Notes: a model not told the origin generated them from the sequence alone. Shown: positions 44,358-53,873, counted from the stretch's first letter. The stretch is DNA of 64,000 nt from Patescibacteria group bacterium (GCA_041653535.1 JBAZFH010000003.1:2771-66770); one strand, 5' to 3'. Translations and numbers: made by a program.

Positions 44358-47012
44358 ATGAGCGAAAAACCATGGCACTCTTTGTCGATTTCAGAGGTAT
44401 TTCGGGTGTTAAAAACCTCAGACGTGGGTTTGTCGGAAAAAGAAGTCAACAAGCGGATTTTTAAATTTGGTAAAAACACACTGCCGGAAGAAAAAAAGAC
44501 CACGGCTTTTACTATAATTTTTAACCAAGTGAAAAGTCCGCTGGTTTTTATTTTATTTCTGGCAAGTATTGTTTCTGCTGCTTTAGGGCACTGGTTAGAC
44601 GCTCTGGTAATTTTAGCCGTGGTTATTTTTAACAGCATTATTGGATTTTTTCAGGAGTACAAAGCAAGCCAGGCTATAGCACAGTTGAAAAAAATAGTCA
44701 GCTATCAAGCGCTGGTTATCCGTGGTGGAGCTAAAATAATGATTGATGCTAGCTCGATTGTACCTGGAGATATTGTAGTTTTAGAGCCTGGCATGAAGGT
44801 GCCGGCTGATTGTCGTTTGATAAAAATAAACGATCTCCAAATGGTGGAGGCGGCTTTGACGGGAGAATCGGAACCAGCCGATAAAAAATTGAGAATTTTA
44901 TCTATTCAAACAGTGATTTCCGATCGAGATAATATGGTTTTTATGGGAACGGTAGTAGCTCGGGGCAAAGGTCTGGCGGTTGTTTGTGCTACGGGAGGCG
45001 CTACCGAGATCGGTAAAATTGCCGAAATGGTGAAAGAAACAGAAGAGGAACAAACACCATTACAGGAAAGTATAAATCGTTTGGCGATTTTTCTTTCTTG
45101 GCTCGCGGTTACTGTTTGCGTTATTCTATTTATTGCCGGAGTTTTAGCCGGCAGAGATAAGCTAGAGATGTTTTTGGTCAGCGTGGCGATAGCGGTAGCC
45201 GCTATTCCGGAAGGATTAGCGATAGCATTGACGGTTATTTTGGTTATTGGAATGAAAAAGATTTTGAAACAAAAATCATTGGTAAGAAAACTGATAGCGG
45301 CAGAGACTCTCGGCGGAACGACGGTGATTTGTAGCGACAAAACTGGTACCTTGACCGAAGGGAAAATGGAGGTGGCAAAGTTAATATTGCCGGGTCATGA
45401 AATTTTTTTAGAAAAAAAGAAAATTGAGATTAGTGATAAATCAACCTTGGCTTTCAAAATTGCGGTTTTATGCAACGACAGTTTCATCCAGAAAAACGGT
45501 AAAGAAGAGTTGTTGGTGGGTGATTCAACAGAGCAGGCATTATTACGGGCCGGAATTAAAGTAGGCATTAATCCGGAAAAACTGCAGTCTGGTTTTTCTC
45601 GTTTGGACGAGGTGCCCTTTTCTTCCGAAAGTATGTTTATGGCAACTCTTAACAAAGGTTTTTTAGCTGATCAGATGACGCTATTAGTTAAAGGAGCGCC
45701 AGAAGTCGTATTGTCGCGTTGTACCAATATTTTGGTTGATTCGCAAATAAAATCGATTAATTCTCAAGATAGTCTGGTGTGGAAGAAAAGAATCGCCCAA
45801 CTTACCGCTCGTGGCTATAGGACTTTGGCGGTGGCTTATAAAGAAGTGGCTAAAGACGGTAAGGTTAAAATAAAAGACAGAGTAAAAGATTTGGTTTTTG
45901 TTGGCATTTTTATTTTGCGCGATCCGTTACGCGCCGATGCCAGGGAAACTATCGAAATTTGTCGTCGTGCGGGTATTAGGCCGATACTTATTACCGGTGA
46001 TCATCGTTTAACCGCTGTTAGGATCGCTCAAGATGTCGGGATTGAAGCAAATGATAAGACAGCGCTAGAGGGTATTGATCTGGATAAAATGGACGAAAAG
46101 TCTCTGATTAAAGTAGTTAGTCGAATCAATGTTTATGCGAGAGTTGAGCCGCGGCACAAGATTAGAATTGTCGAAGCGTTACGCGACAGAGGCGAAGTGG
46201 TGGCAATGACTGGCGATGGCGTTAATGATGCGCCGGCGATTAAAGCAGCCGATATCGGTATTGCTCTTGGATCCGGTACTGACGTTGCCAAGGAAACGGC
46301 GGATTTGATTTTACTTGATGATAATTTTCGTACCATTGTTGATGCTGTCCGTGGCGGACGAGTGATACTTGATAATTTGCGTAAAGTTTTAGTTTATCTT
46401 TTGTCTAGTACGGTAACAGAAATGTTTTTGATCGGCGCTTCGATAGTTTTTGGTTTACCCTTACCGTTGATTGCGATCCAGATTTTGTGGGTCAATATCG
46501 TCGAAGACGCTTTTCCTGTTTTTGCTCTGACTACCGATCCTGAAGAAAAAGGTATTATGTCTGAGCGCCCACGCGGTCGCGACAAGTCTTTGGTTGATAG
46601 AAAGATGAAATCAATTATTATCTCAATGTCGGTTTTAAACAACCTTTTTTTATTTTCAATATTTTATTTTTTCTTACATTTTAGGGTTTATAGTTTGGAC
46701 GAAATAAGGACAGTGGTGTTTGTTGGTTTGGCTAGCGGTTCGTTATTTTACGTTTTTGCTTGTCGTTCTTTACGTTATCCGATTTGGAAGTATAACCCTT
46801 TTGCCAACGGCTATGTCAACCTTTCGGTGGTTGTTGGTTTTTGTTTGATGGCTTTAGCGGTTTATTGGTCTCCGTTACAATTGGTTTTAAAAACCGTACC
46901 GCTTCATTTTGAGTTATGGCTGATTTTGCTTGCTTTCGGCGTTTTAGCTTTGCTTTGTATAGAGATGGTAAAATATTTTTTCATTTCAAAAAATAATGGT
47001 AAAAAAATATGA
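44358..47012 (+). CDS. P-type cation-transporting ATPase (P2/Ca2+- or Mg2+-type)
   Basis: DKTGTLT (phosphorylation site), TGES, MTGDGVNDAPAIK and GDGVND hinge are present; 10 TM helices, 884 aa. Confidence 0.95.
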   Translation: MSEKPWHSLSISEVFRVLKTSDVGLSEKEVNKRIFKFGKNTLPEEKKTTAFTIIFNQVKSPLVFILFLASIVSAALGHWLDALVILAVVIFNSIIGFFQEYKASQAIAQLKKIVSYQALVIRGGAKIMIDASSIVPGDIVVLEPGMKVPADCRLIKINDLQMVEAALTGESEPADKKLRILSIQTVISDRDNMVFMGTVVARGKGLAVVCATGGATEIGKIAEMVKETEEEQTPLQESINRLAIFLSWLAVTVCVILFIAGVLAGRDKLEMFLVSVAIAVAAIPEGLAIALTVILVIGMKKILKQKSLVRKLIAAETLGGTTVICSDKTGTLTEGKMEVAKLILPGHEIFLEKKKIEISDKSTLAFKIAVLCNDSFIQKNGKEELLVGDSTEQALLRAGIKVGINPEKLQSGFSRLDEVPFSSESMFMATLNKGFLADQMTLLVKGAPEVVLSRCTNILVDSQIKSINSQDSLVWKKRIAQLTARGYRTLAVAYKEVAKDGKVKIKDRVKDLVFVGIFILRDPLRADARETIEICRRAGIRPILITGDHRLTAVRIAQDVGIEANDKTALEGIDLDKMDEKSLIKVVSRINVYARVEPRHKIRIVEALRDRGEVVAMTGDGVNDAPAIKAADIGIALGSGTDVAKETADLILLDDNFRTIVDAVRGGRVILDNLRKVLVYLLSSTVTEMFLIGASIVFGLPLPLIAIQILWVNIVEDAFPVFALTTDPEEKGIMSERPRGRDKSLVDRKMKSIIISMSVLNNLFLFSIFYFFLHFRVYSLDEIRTVVFVGLASGSLFYVFACRSLRYPIWKYNPFANGYVNLSVVVGFCLMALAVYWSPLQLVLKTVPLHFELWLILLAFGVLALLCIEMVKYFFISKNNGKKI

Positions 47013-47656
47013 CAAATGAAAGGTTGATTAGAAATATCGAACTGGCTTCGGATGAGTCGGTGCAGATGATTGTTCGCCGGTATTTATTGATTTATTGGTG
47101 GCAAATATTGTTAGTCATAATTTTTCTTTTGCTGCCATTTTTTTTGCTCTATCCTTTGTTGCAATGGGATACGTGGGGACCGGTGATTTTTTCCTTGCTT
47201 TTGGCTTTTAGTTTGTATTATCTGTGTCGATTTTATGTTAAATGGTATTTTGGTTGTTTAGTGGTGACAAGTCAACGCTTGATTGATTTTGATCAGCGAG
47301 GAATGTTTGATCGAACCGTATCTCCAGCACCGCTTGATCTTATCGAAGACCTTGGTTACCAACGGCGTGGTTTTTTTCAGTCAATATTAAAATATGGAAC
47401 GGTTCATTATTCCTTGCCCCAAGGACAGGCAAGGATTATTATTTTCGGTATAAAAAACCCGCAAAATATTTGTCAAAAAATAGAATTATTGATAACTGAT
47501 GCAAGAAATCATCGGTTGTCTCGTGCTTTAAATGTGGATCAGCGCTCTATTGGCGAAGACGACGCGGTTTTGGGGCGCAAAAAAGACGGTCTGGAACAGG
47601 AGAATTTTAAAAAGACAATTAATGAAATACGGAGCCTAGACGATGACCAGATTTAA
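47009..47656 (+). CDS. hypothetical membrane protein (two N-terminal TM helices, cytoplasmic C-domain; possibly bacterial PH-like)
   Basis: 215-aa ORF overlapping the ATPase stop by 4 nt; no catalytic motif is recognised. Confidence 0.45.
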   Translation: MTNERLIRNIELASDESVQMIVRRYLLIYWWQILLVIIFLLLPFFLLYPLLQWDTWGPVIFSLLLAFSLYYLCRFYVKWYFGCLVVTSQRLIDFDQRGMFDRTVSPAPLDLIEDLGYQRRGFFQSILKYGTVHYSLPQGQARIIIFGIKNPQNICQKIELLITDARNHRLSRALNVDQRSIGEDDAVLGRKKDGLEQENFKKTINEIRSLDDDQI

Positions 47657-47733
47657 TTTTTTTGGCTTAGAAACGTTATATTGATAAAGCCTTATAAGGT
47701 AGTTAACCATTTTTTGTTTTTTTGCTATAATAA

Positions 47734-48126
47734 ATGGGTATGAAAAATTGGTCACGCCGCATACTGACATCAAAATGGTTTTTGGTCGTTTGTTTATTAT
47801 TTTTAATATTTTTATCATATTCCTTTATTAGAGAGTTTTCTCGTCGTTATTATCTTCAAAAACAGGTAAATGCTCTAGAGGAACAAGTAAATAAAATCGA
47901 AAAAGAAAATCAGGAATTTTCTCAGTTAATAGAATATTTTGACACACAAAACTTTACCGAAGAAGAGGCAAGGGTAAAAATGGGACTAAAAAAACCGGGA
48001 GAAGAGGTTGTGGTCATAAATCAATCAGGTAAAAACGAAGTTAATAATCAAGAACAAGACGGTTTTGCCGGTCTTTCCAATCCGTCAAAATGGTGGTATT
48101 ATTTTTTTAAACAAAACAAGTCTTAA
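47734..48126 (+). CDS. ftsB: septum formation initiator family protein (FtsB/DivIC-like)
   Basis: N-terminal TM helix, a coiled coil (LQKQVNALEEQVNKIEKENQEF) and the conserved EEEARVKMGLKKPGEEVVVI C-terminal motif. Confidence 0.65.
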   Translation: MGMKNWSRRILTSKWFLVVCLLFLIFLSYSFIREFSRRYYLQKQVNALEEQVNKIEKENQEFSQLIEYFDTQNFTEEEARVKMGLKKPGEEVVVINQSGKNEVNNQEQDGFAGLSNPSKWWYYFFKQNKS

Positions 48127-48153
48127 ATCAAATAATAATAAATAAACAATAGT

Positions 48154-49206
48154 ATGATCAAAAAGAAAAATGTCCTTAAAAAAGAGGATATGAAGTCGAT
48201 AAAATCCGCAGAAACAAAAGATGAGGAGATGACTAGTCCCGAGGTTGTCGGCAGCGACAATGATTTTTCGTTTCGTGGGTTATTTCGTAAGAAATTTATT
48301 ATCGGTTTGGTTATTGGTTTAGTGGTGGCTTTGGCGATTGTTGTGGCGGCAGCGTCTTTTATGTTCTATGGCAATCCGGGAAAATATTTGGTTTTAGAAA
48401 AAATTGCCGCAGCGTTTCATTTTCCTATGGCTAAGGCTAATGGACAATATATCGCTTATTCTGATTTTTATAATGAGTATAAGATTTTAAATCACTATTA
48501 CAATCAACAAGTGAAGCTTGGAGCTATTTCCGCCAATCAAGTGCCACCAGATAGTCAAAATCGTAAAGATCTTGAAGAGCAGTTAATAAGTAAAACATTA
48601 ATAGAACAACTAGCTCGTAAATATAAAATAGTTGTTACTGATATAGAAATCGAGCAGAGTTGGACAAAAGATGTATTACCTTACTTTGATAATGATGAGA
48701 AGAAGGCAGAAGAAAAAATCAAAGAAGATTATAATATGTCTGTCAGCGAGTTTAAGGAAAAAATGATCAGAGAAAATTTGCTTTATAATAAGGTTGATGA
48801 AATAGCGGAGATGGATCCCGATGTTCAGGAATTTACCCGTGTTCGAGCCGAGGGTGTTTTGAAAGAGGTTAAAGATGGTAAGCAGGATTTTGCTGCTTTA
48901 GTCAAACAGTACAGCGACGACACCGGCACTAAGGCAAACGGTGGTGATTTGGACTGGTTCGGTAAGGGTCAGATGGTTTCCGGTTTTGAAGAAGCCGCGT
49001 TTAAATTGCAGCCAGGTGAAATTAGCGATTTAGTAAAAACCATTTACGGATACCATATTATTAAGGTGGCTGAAAAAAAAGGTTCTGCTGAAGGCGGTGA
49101 TGAACAAATAAAAGCCAGTCATATTTTGATTAAGCCAAGTCTGGCGACATATCTTCAGGAGGTTAAGGATTCAGATAGTATTAAGCGATATATTGATTTC
49201 AAATAA
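48154..49206 (+). CDS. membrane-anchored parvulin-type peptidyl-prolyl isomerase (PrsA/SurA-like)
   Basis: TM anchor, then the PpiC domain (DDTGTKANGGDLDWFGKGQMVSGFEEAAFKL...GYHIIKV) and ASHILIKP. Confidence 0.85.
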   Translation: MIKKKNVLKKEDMKSIKSAETKDEEMTSPEVVGSDNDFSFRGLFRKKFIIGLVIGLVVALAIVVAAASFMFYGNPGKYLVLEKIAAAFHFPMAKANGQYIAYSDFYNEYKILNHYYNQQVKLGAISANQVPPDSQNRKDLEEQLISKTLIEQLARKYKIVVTDIEIEQSWTKDVLPYFDNDEKKAEEKIKEDYNMSVSEFKEKMIRENLLYNKVDEIAEMDPDVQEFTRVRAEGVLKEVKDGKQDFAALVKQYSDDTGTKANGGDLDWFGKGQMVSGFEEAAFKLQPGEISDLVKTIYGYHIIKVAEKKGSAEGGDEQIKASHILIKPSLATYLQEVKDSDSIKRYIDFK

Positions 49207-49262
49207 AAATTGTTAATACTAAAAAAGCCGCCTCATTCTATCGAGACGGCTTTCACTGGTTT

Positions 49263-49321
49263 TGGAGTCACCTATTGGGTTTGAACCCACGACTTGCAGT
49301 TTATCCGTCTGCCAAAGCCTC
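49263..49321 (-). pseudogene. 59-nt tRNA 3' remnant (anticodon-arm-like hairpin, T-arm, acceptor 3' strand, discriminator and encoded CCA) abutting tRNA-Thr; no 5' acceptor/D-arm
   Basis: The minus-strand sequence is gaggctttggcagacggataaactgcaagtcGTGGGttcaaacCCAATaggtgacTCCA. Its T-loop TTCAAAC is canonical, but the anticodon-region loop is non-canonical (G at position 33 or a 9-nt loop). Confidence 0.5.
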
Positions 49322-49394
49322 AGCCCACGGCCGGAGTTGAACCGGCAACCTACGGTTTACGATACCGTTGCTCTGCCAATTGAGCTACATGGGC
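49322..49394 (-). tRNA. tRNA-Thr (anticodon CGU)
   Basis: Minus-strand cloverleaf: gcccatg/cgtgggc acceptor (one G-U); gctc..gagc D-arm; acggt-ATCGTAA-accgt anticodon arm; gccgg-ttcaact-ccggc T-arm. Confidence 0.85.
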
Positions 49395-49467
49395 TTAGGT
49401 TATGGCGGTCGGGCGATACTGTTACTTTGTCAATCGAATTAAGGTGACCGGCAAAAATAGTGAATTA

Positions 49468-49542
49468 TGGAGCGGGAGACGGGGATCGAACCCGCGACCT
49501 TCTGCTTGGGAAGCAGACATTCTACCACTGAACTACTCCCGC
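49468..49542 (-). tRNA. tRNA-Gly (anticodon CCC), CCA encoded
   Basis: Minus strand: gcgggag/ctcccgc acceptor; gttc-agtggta-gaat D-arm; tctgc-TTCCCAA-gcaga anticodon arm; gcggg-ttcgatc-cccgt T-arm; discriminator T followed by CCA. Confidence 0.85.
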
Positions 49543-49593
49543 GAACAATAGATTGCACCCGTGAAATAGGTGCCTAAATTATATAGATTTAAG

Positions 49594-50385
49594 ATGAAAA
49601 AATCAATATCACTTATATTATTAATGATTGTTTTGCTTTGCGGTTTTCCGGGGAAAATATATAGCCAGGACGCATCGGTCGATGTTAGCGAAGACGGAAT
49701 AAGTATCTATTCATCTATAATTGATCCGATCTTAAAGAAAAGACAACACGTCGTCGCTTTGCCTGACGATGGGTTTTATCTAGAAATTAGCAACAGTGCT
49801 TTTAAAAAATCCACCGAGATTGTGATAAAAAAGCGAAAAGAAATTTTGTATCAGTTGCCGGAAAATTTTGTAGCACTAAGCGATTTTTGGGAGTATGATA
49901 TAGTTGGAAAGAATGAATATGACAAAAAGACAGCTATTTTATTTCGTCTTGATAGTGCCAAAAGTGACTATTTGAAAAAAATTATATTTTGGAACGGAAA
50001 AAGCTGGCAGGAATTGCCGAGTAAGATCGTAGATATAGAATCGGGAAAGGTGGAGGCAAAGGCGTATTTACCTTTCCTTCGTTTTTTGGTCGTAGCCGAC
50101 ATGACAAAAATATCTCAGGGACAAGCGAGTTGGTATCGTTATAAAAGTTGTTTATGCGCGGCTTCACCTGATTATCCTAAAGGAAGTATTTTGCGGGTAA
50201 CTAATATTGAAAATAGTAAATCGGTGGAAGTAAAAGTAAACGATTTTGGTCCGGACAGATCCGTGCATCCAGACAGGGTGATCGATCTTGATCTGGTGGC
50301 TTTTGGGAAAATAGCAAAAAAAGGAGCTGGGCTGGTTAGCGTTTTGGTTGAACCGATAAAGGTTAATACAAAAAATAAATTATGA
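49594..50385 (+). CDS. rlpA: secreted RlpA-like double-psi beta-barrel (lytic transglycosylase-like) protein
   Basis: Signal peptide (MKKSISLILLMIVLLCGF) and a C-terminal DPBB (GQASWYRYKS...RVTNIENSKSVEVKVNDFGPD...VIDLDLVAFGKI). Its stop overlaps the ftsE start. Confidence 0.65.
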   Translation: MKKSISLILLMIVLLCGFPGKIYSQDASVDVSEDGISIYSSIIDPILKKRQHVVALPDDGFYLEISNSAFKKSTEIVIKKRKEILYQLPENFVALSDFWEYDIVGKNEYDKKTAILFRLDSAKSDYLKKIIFWNGKSWQELPSKIVDIESGKVEAKAYLPFLRFLVVADMTKISQGQASWYRYKSCLCAASPDYPKGSILRVTNIENSKSVEVKVNDFGPDRSVHPDRVIDLDLVAFGKIAKKGAGLVSVLVEPIKVNTKNKL

Positions 50386-51062
50386 TCAAGTTTAAAAATA
50401 TTAGCAAAAGTTATCCGGGTAACATATTGGCGGTAAAAAACATCAACCTTCATATTAAGCCGAAAGAGTTTGTTTCTATCGTTGGTCAGAGTGGCACCGG
50501 TAAAACAACTTTAGTTCGTTTGCTGATAGCCGAAGAAACACCTGATCGAGGAGAGATAACGGTTGGTGGCTGGAACATCACTGATATTAAGCGCAGTGAA
50601 GTGCCGTTTTTGCGCCGGCAGATCGGAGTGGTTTTTCAAGACTACAAACTTTTGCCGCAAAAAACCGCTTATGAAAATGTCGCTTTTGCGCTAGAGGTTT
50701 GCGGTACTCCAACTAAACGTATTCATACGGTTGTTCCGCAAGTGTTGCGGATAGTGGGATTGGAAGGAAAGGGCGGTCGTTATCCGAAACAATTATCCGG
50801 CGGTGAAGCGCAACGCGTGGCGATCGCTCGAGCGTTGGTGCATCGGCCGAAGATTTTAGTTGCTGACGAACCGACGGGCAACCTCGATACGATTAATACT
50901 AGGGAAATTGCCGATTTACTTTTAAAAATTAATGAATTTGGTACTACTGTTTTGTTGGTTACTCACGACAGGGAAGTGGTTAACTATGTTAAACGCAGGG
51001 TGATAACCATGGAAAACGGGGAAGTGATTGGCGACCAACATAGCGGTAAATACGTATTATAA
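50382..51062 (+). CDS. ftsE: cell division ABC transporter ATP-binding protein FtsE
   Basis: Walker A GQSGTGKTT, ABC signature LSGGEAQRVAIARAL and Walker B ILVADEPTGNLD; size is 226 aa. Confidence 0.9.
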   Translation: MIKFKNISKSYPGNILAVKNINLHIKPKEFVSIVGQSGTGKTTLVRLLIAEETPDRGEITVGGWNITDIKRSEVPFLRRQIGVVFQDYKLLPQKTAYENVAFALEVCGTPTKRIHTVVPQVLRIVGLEGKGGRYPKQLSGGEAQRVAIARALVHRPKILVADEPTGNLDTINTREIADLLLKINEFGTTVLLVTHDREVVNYVKRRVITMENGEVIGDQHSGKYVL

Positions 51063-51070
51063 ATTTTTTT

Positions 51071-51982
51071 ATGTCTTTTATCTATCGCATCATCAAATTT
51101 GCCGTTCAGGATTTTTACCGCAATATTTGGCTGTCAGTAGTTACTATCAGTATTTTGATTTTGACCCTGCTTTCCATTAATGTTTTAGTGGTTTTTAACA
51201 ATCTGGCTAACACCGCTGCGGCAATTATCGAAAGCAAGGTTGATGTCAGTATTTATTTTAAACCAAACACTTCCATTGATGACATAAACAAGGTGAAAAG
51301 CTATATCATGGATTTGTCGGAGGTGGACAGTGTAGAATTTGTTTCCCAAGACGATGCCTTGGCGAGATTTAAAGAAACTCACAAAGACAATTCAACCATT
51401 TTAGAGGCGATTGACGAACTGGGAGATAATCCTTTGGGGGCTACGCTTAAGATCAGGGCTAACAAAATAGAAAATTATCCCGTGATTCTAAGCGCTCTTG
51501 ATAAGCCGGAGTTTAACCAGTCTATTACCAGTAAAAACTACGAAGATCGGCAGGAAATGATCAGTAAAATTTCTTATTGGACTAAAACCGGAGAAAAAGT
51601 GGCGTTTATATTTATATTGATTTTTGTTTTGATTTCGGCGTTGATTGTTTTTAACACAGTCAGGGTGGCGATTTATACTCATCGAGAGGAAATCGGTATC
51701 GAAAAACTGGTCGGAGCGACCAACTGGTTTGTTCGTTTGCCGTTTATTTTGGAGAGTGTTATTTTTAGTTTTGTCAGTTGCGTGATTACTATTGTTATTA
51801 TTTATCCGTTGCTCGGTTTTATTCAGCCGCATTTAGCGCAGTTTTTTTCTTCCAGTAGTTTTGATATTATCGGTTATTTTAATAACAATTTTATTGTTAT
51901 TTTCGGCGCTGAGTTTTTGGCGATTTGCATGTTGAACACCGCAGCCAGTCTAATGGCGGTAGGAAAGTATTTAAGAGTGTAA
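51071..51982 (+). CDS. ftsX: cell division permease-like protein FtsX
   Basis: One TM helix, a periplasmic domain and three TM helices, with the conserved FtsX C-terminal core (REEIGIEKLVGATNWFVRLPF). Confidence 0.9.
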   Translation: MSFIYRIIKFAVQDFYRNIWLSVVTISILILTLLSINVLVVFNNLANTAAAIIESKVDVSIYFKPNTSIDDINKVKSYIMDLSEVDSVEFVSQDDALARFKETHKDNSTILEAIDELGDNPLGATLKIRANKIENYPVILSALDKPEFNQSITSKNYEDRQEMISKISYWTKTGEKVAFIFILIFVLISALIVFNTVRVAIYTHREEIGIEKLVGATNWFVRLPFILESVIFSFVSCVITIVIIYPLLGFIQPHLAQFFSSSSFDIIGYFNNNFIVIFGAEFLAICMLNTAASLMAVGKYLRV

Positions 51983-52020
51983 TCGTTATCTCTTGACTTT
52001 AGGTTCTAATCCGTATAAAA

Positions 52021-52040
52021 TAATTACTAATTATTAATTA
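52021..52040. promoter_or_regulatory. second copy of AT-rich 20-mer TAATTACTAATTATTAATTA, 78 nt upstream of tRNA-Gln; preceded by TTGACT (51996) ... TATAAA
   Basis: Exact 20/20 match to 43764-43783. Confidence 0.4.
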
Positions 52041-52117
52041 GTAATTATTAATTAATGCGTTGCAGGCGGGCAAACTGTAAGGTACTATTGTTGATTTGTA
52101 ATTAATAATTGTTTCGT

Positions 52118-52192
52118 TGGGGAGTCGCCAAGCGGTAAGGCACCGCCCTTTGGAGGCGGCATTCGAAGGTTCGAATCCTTCCTCCCCAGCCA
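52118..52192 (+). tRNA. tRNA-Gln (anticodon UUG), CCA encoded
   Basis: U1:A72 acceptor (tggggag/ctcccca), a 3-bp D-stem as in bacterial tRNA-Gln, ccgcc-CTTTGGA-ggcgg anticodon arm, gaagg-ttcgaat-ccttc T-arm, and G73 followed by CCA. Confidence 0.85.
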
Positions 52193-52255
52193 TAAATTAT
52201 AATTTTAGTTGTAAATAATGATTTTTGATGTTAAACTCTATAGAGACAGTGAAAC

Positions 52256-52972
52256 TTGGTAGGGAATTTAAATTTAGATATGAATTACGTTAGCGTCATA
52301 AATAATGTTAAGAATAGTATAGCTTTTATTGCTACCCTTGATGCCAATAACAAACCAATGGGTACGGGTAGCGGTTTTATTTTTTCAAAGAAGGGAATAT
52401 TAGTCACATGCAACCATGTTATAAAGGGATCAAATACTATATTTATAAAATTTGATGGAGGCGAATTTATTCCTGCTAAGGTTGTGATAAAGGATGAAGA
52501 GCACGACTTAGCTTTGTTGAAGTTTGAAGGAACAACTGAACCATTACTACCTTCTAATATAACTAAGGTCGAAGAGGGGTTGGAGGTTTTATTTGCAGGT
52601 TACCCTCTGAGCTTGCAGAATTTAACTACACATCAAGGTATAATTTCGGCAATAACAAAAGATCTGTCGGGAATAACGACCTATTTAATAGACGGTACTG
52701 TAAATTCTGGTAACAGTGGTTGTCCATTATTGGATATCGACGGTGGGGTGTTGGGTATTGTTAACGCAAAAAGGAGGGAACAGTCTGATCTACTGTCGAA
52801 AGTCGAAGATATGAGAGTCGGTGCCGTTTCGCTTCATGGCATAGATCTTGTTAAGATTTATGGGGCGATAATAAATAATTTACAACTAGGAATCGGATAT
52901 GCTATACCGGTAAAATATATTCCTGAGCATAAAGAGATTGTTGAACCTGTTAATTCTAAAAACGATAAATAA
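52256..52972 (+). CDS. trypsin-like (S1/HtrA-core) serine protease without PDZ domain
   Basis: Catalytic triad context: His (GILVTCNHVI), Asp (DLALLKF) and Ser (GNSGCPL). There is no obvious signal peptide; the start may be at MNYVS (52280). Confidence 0.7.
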   Translation: MVGNLNLDMNYVSVINNVKNSIAFIATLDANNKPMGTGSGFIFSKKGILVTCNHVIKGSNTIFIKFDGGEFIPAKVVIKDEEHDLALLKFEGTTEPLLPSNITKVEEGLEVLFAGYPLSLQNLTTHQGIISAITKDLSGITTYLIDGTVNSGNSGCPLLDIDGGVLGIVNAKRREQSDLLSKVEDMRVGAVSLHGIDLVKIYGAIINNLQLGIGYAIPVKYIPEHKEIVEPVNSKNDK

Positions 52973-52981
52973 TTTAAATTT

Positions 52982-53278
52982 ATGTATATATTTAGATCGG
53001 ATGGTAATTATGTAGGCTTTATTTACAACAATAATGTTTTTTCCCGTGACGGGGTTTATTTGGGGTGGGTGGAAAATAATTTAGTGTGGGACTATCAAGG
53101 GAATTTTAAAGGACAGATATTTAAAATAAACGGCAATGATTATATATTAAAAAACTCCTTCTCTATACCACCAATTCCAAGGATCCCCAAAGTTTCTCCC
53201 GTACCGCCCGTTCCTCCGGTGCCCCCAGTTAATATTTTACCCATATCGTTACCTATAGGGTTAGTTGATTCTTTCTAA
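52982..53278 (+). CDS. small hypothetical protein with internal G-Y/W-N beta-repeat and proline-rich (PPVPPVPP) C-terminal tail
   Basis: A repeated GxYxGxIxNNxVxxxDGxYLGWVENNxVWDYxGNFxGQI pattern, then IPPIPRIPKVSPVPPVPPVPP. Confidence 0.45.
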   Translation: MYIFRSDGNYVGFIYNNNVFSRDGVYLGWVENNLVWDYQGNFKGQIFKINGNDYILKNSFSIPPIPRIPKVSPVPPVPPVPPVNILPISLPIGLVDSF

Positions 53279-53359
53279 TCTATAGTTTTATAAAAATATC
53301 GCCAACCTGGCGATTTTTTGTTATAATAGTTATATTCTAAGAAATAAGATTTTTATTAT

Positions 53360-53869
53360 ATGAGAAAGTTTTTTGCCGTGTTTGGTGCGGTTTTTGTAAG
53401 TTTTTTGGTCGGGGCGAAGGCTTTGGCTGTCTGCCCTGTTTGTACCGTGACTGTTGGCGTTGGTATTGAGCTTTCGCGTTGGTGCGGAGTGGACGATAGT
53501 ATTATAGGACTGTGGGTTGGAGGATTGATCGTATCAATGATTTTTTGGACTATTGGTTGGCTGAATAGAAAAAATATTCGTTTTATCGGCAAAAAAATAA
53601 TCACGGTATTGTTTTATTATCTTATTATTGTTATCCCTCTCTACTACAAAGGTGTTTTTGACAAGCCGTGCAGCGATCTTTGGGGACTAAATAAAATGGT
53701 GGTTGGCATTACTCTTGGTAGTATTTTATTTTTTTCCGGAGTAATGCTTTATGAATATTTAAAGAAAAGAAACGGCGGCAAGGCTTATTTTCCTTTTCAG
53801 AAGGTAGTGATGCCGATTTTGCCGTTAATTATTTTGAGTGTGGTATTTTATTTTATAATTTCTAGATAA
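53360..53869 (+). CDS. hypothetical 4-5 TM membrane protein with CPVC motif
   Basis: 169-aa ORF; it is hydrophobic, with a CPVCTVTVG segment near the N-terminus. Confidence 0.45.
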   Translation: MRKFFAVFGAVFVSFLVGAKALAVCPVCTVTVGVGIELSRWCGVDDSIIGLWVGGLIVSMIFWTIGWLNRKNIRFIGKKIITVLFYYLIIVIPLYYKGVFDKPCSDLWGLNKMVVGITLGSILFFSGVMLYEYLKKRNGGKAYFPFQKVVMPILPLIILSVVFYFIISR

Positions 53870-53873
53870 AAAT

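Noticed and set aside
49262-49447. 61-aa plus-strand ORF (MESPIGFEPTTCSLS...)
   Set aside because: It is the antisense reading of the tRNA remnant, tRNA-Thr and spacer. GFEPTT is the characteristic translation of a reverse-complemented T-arm.
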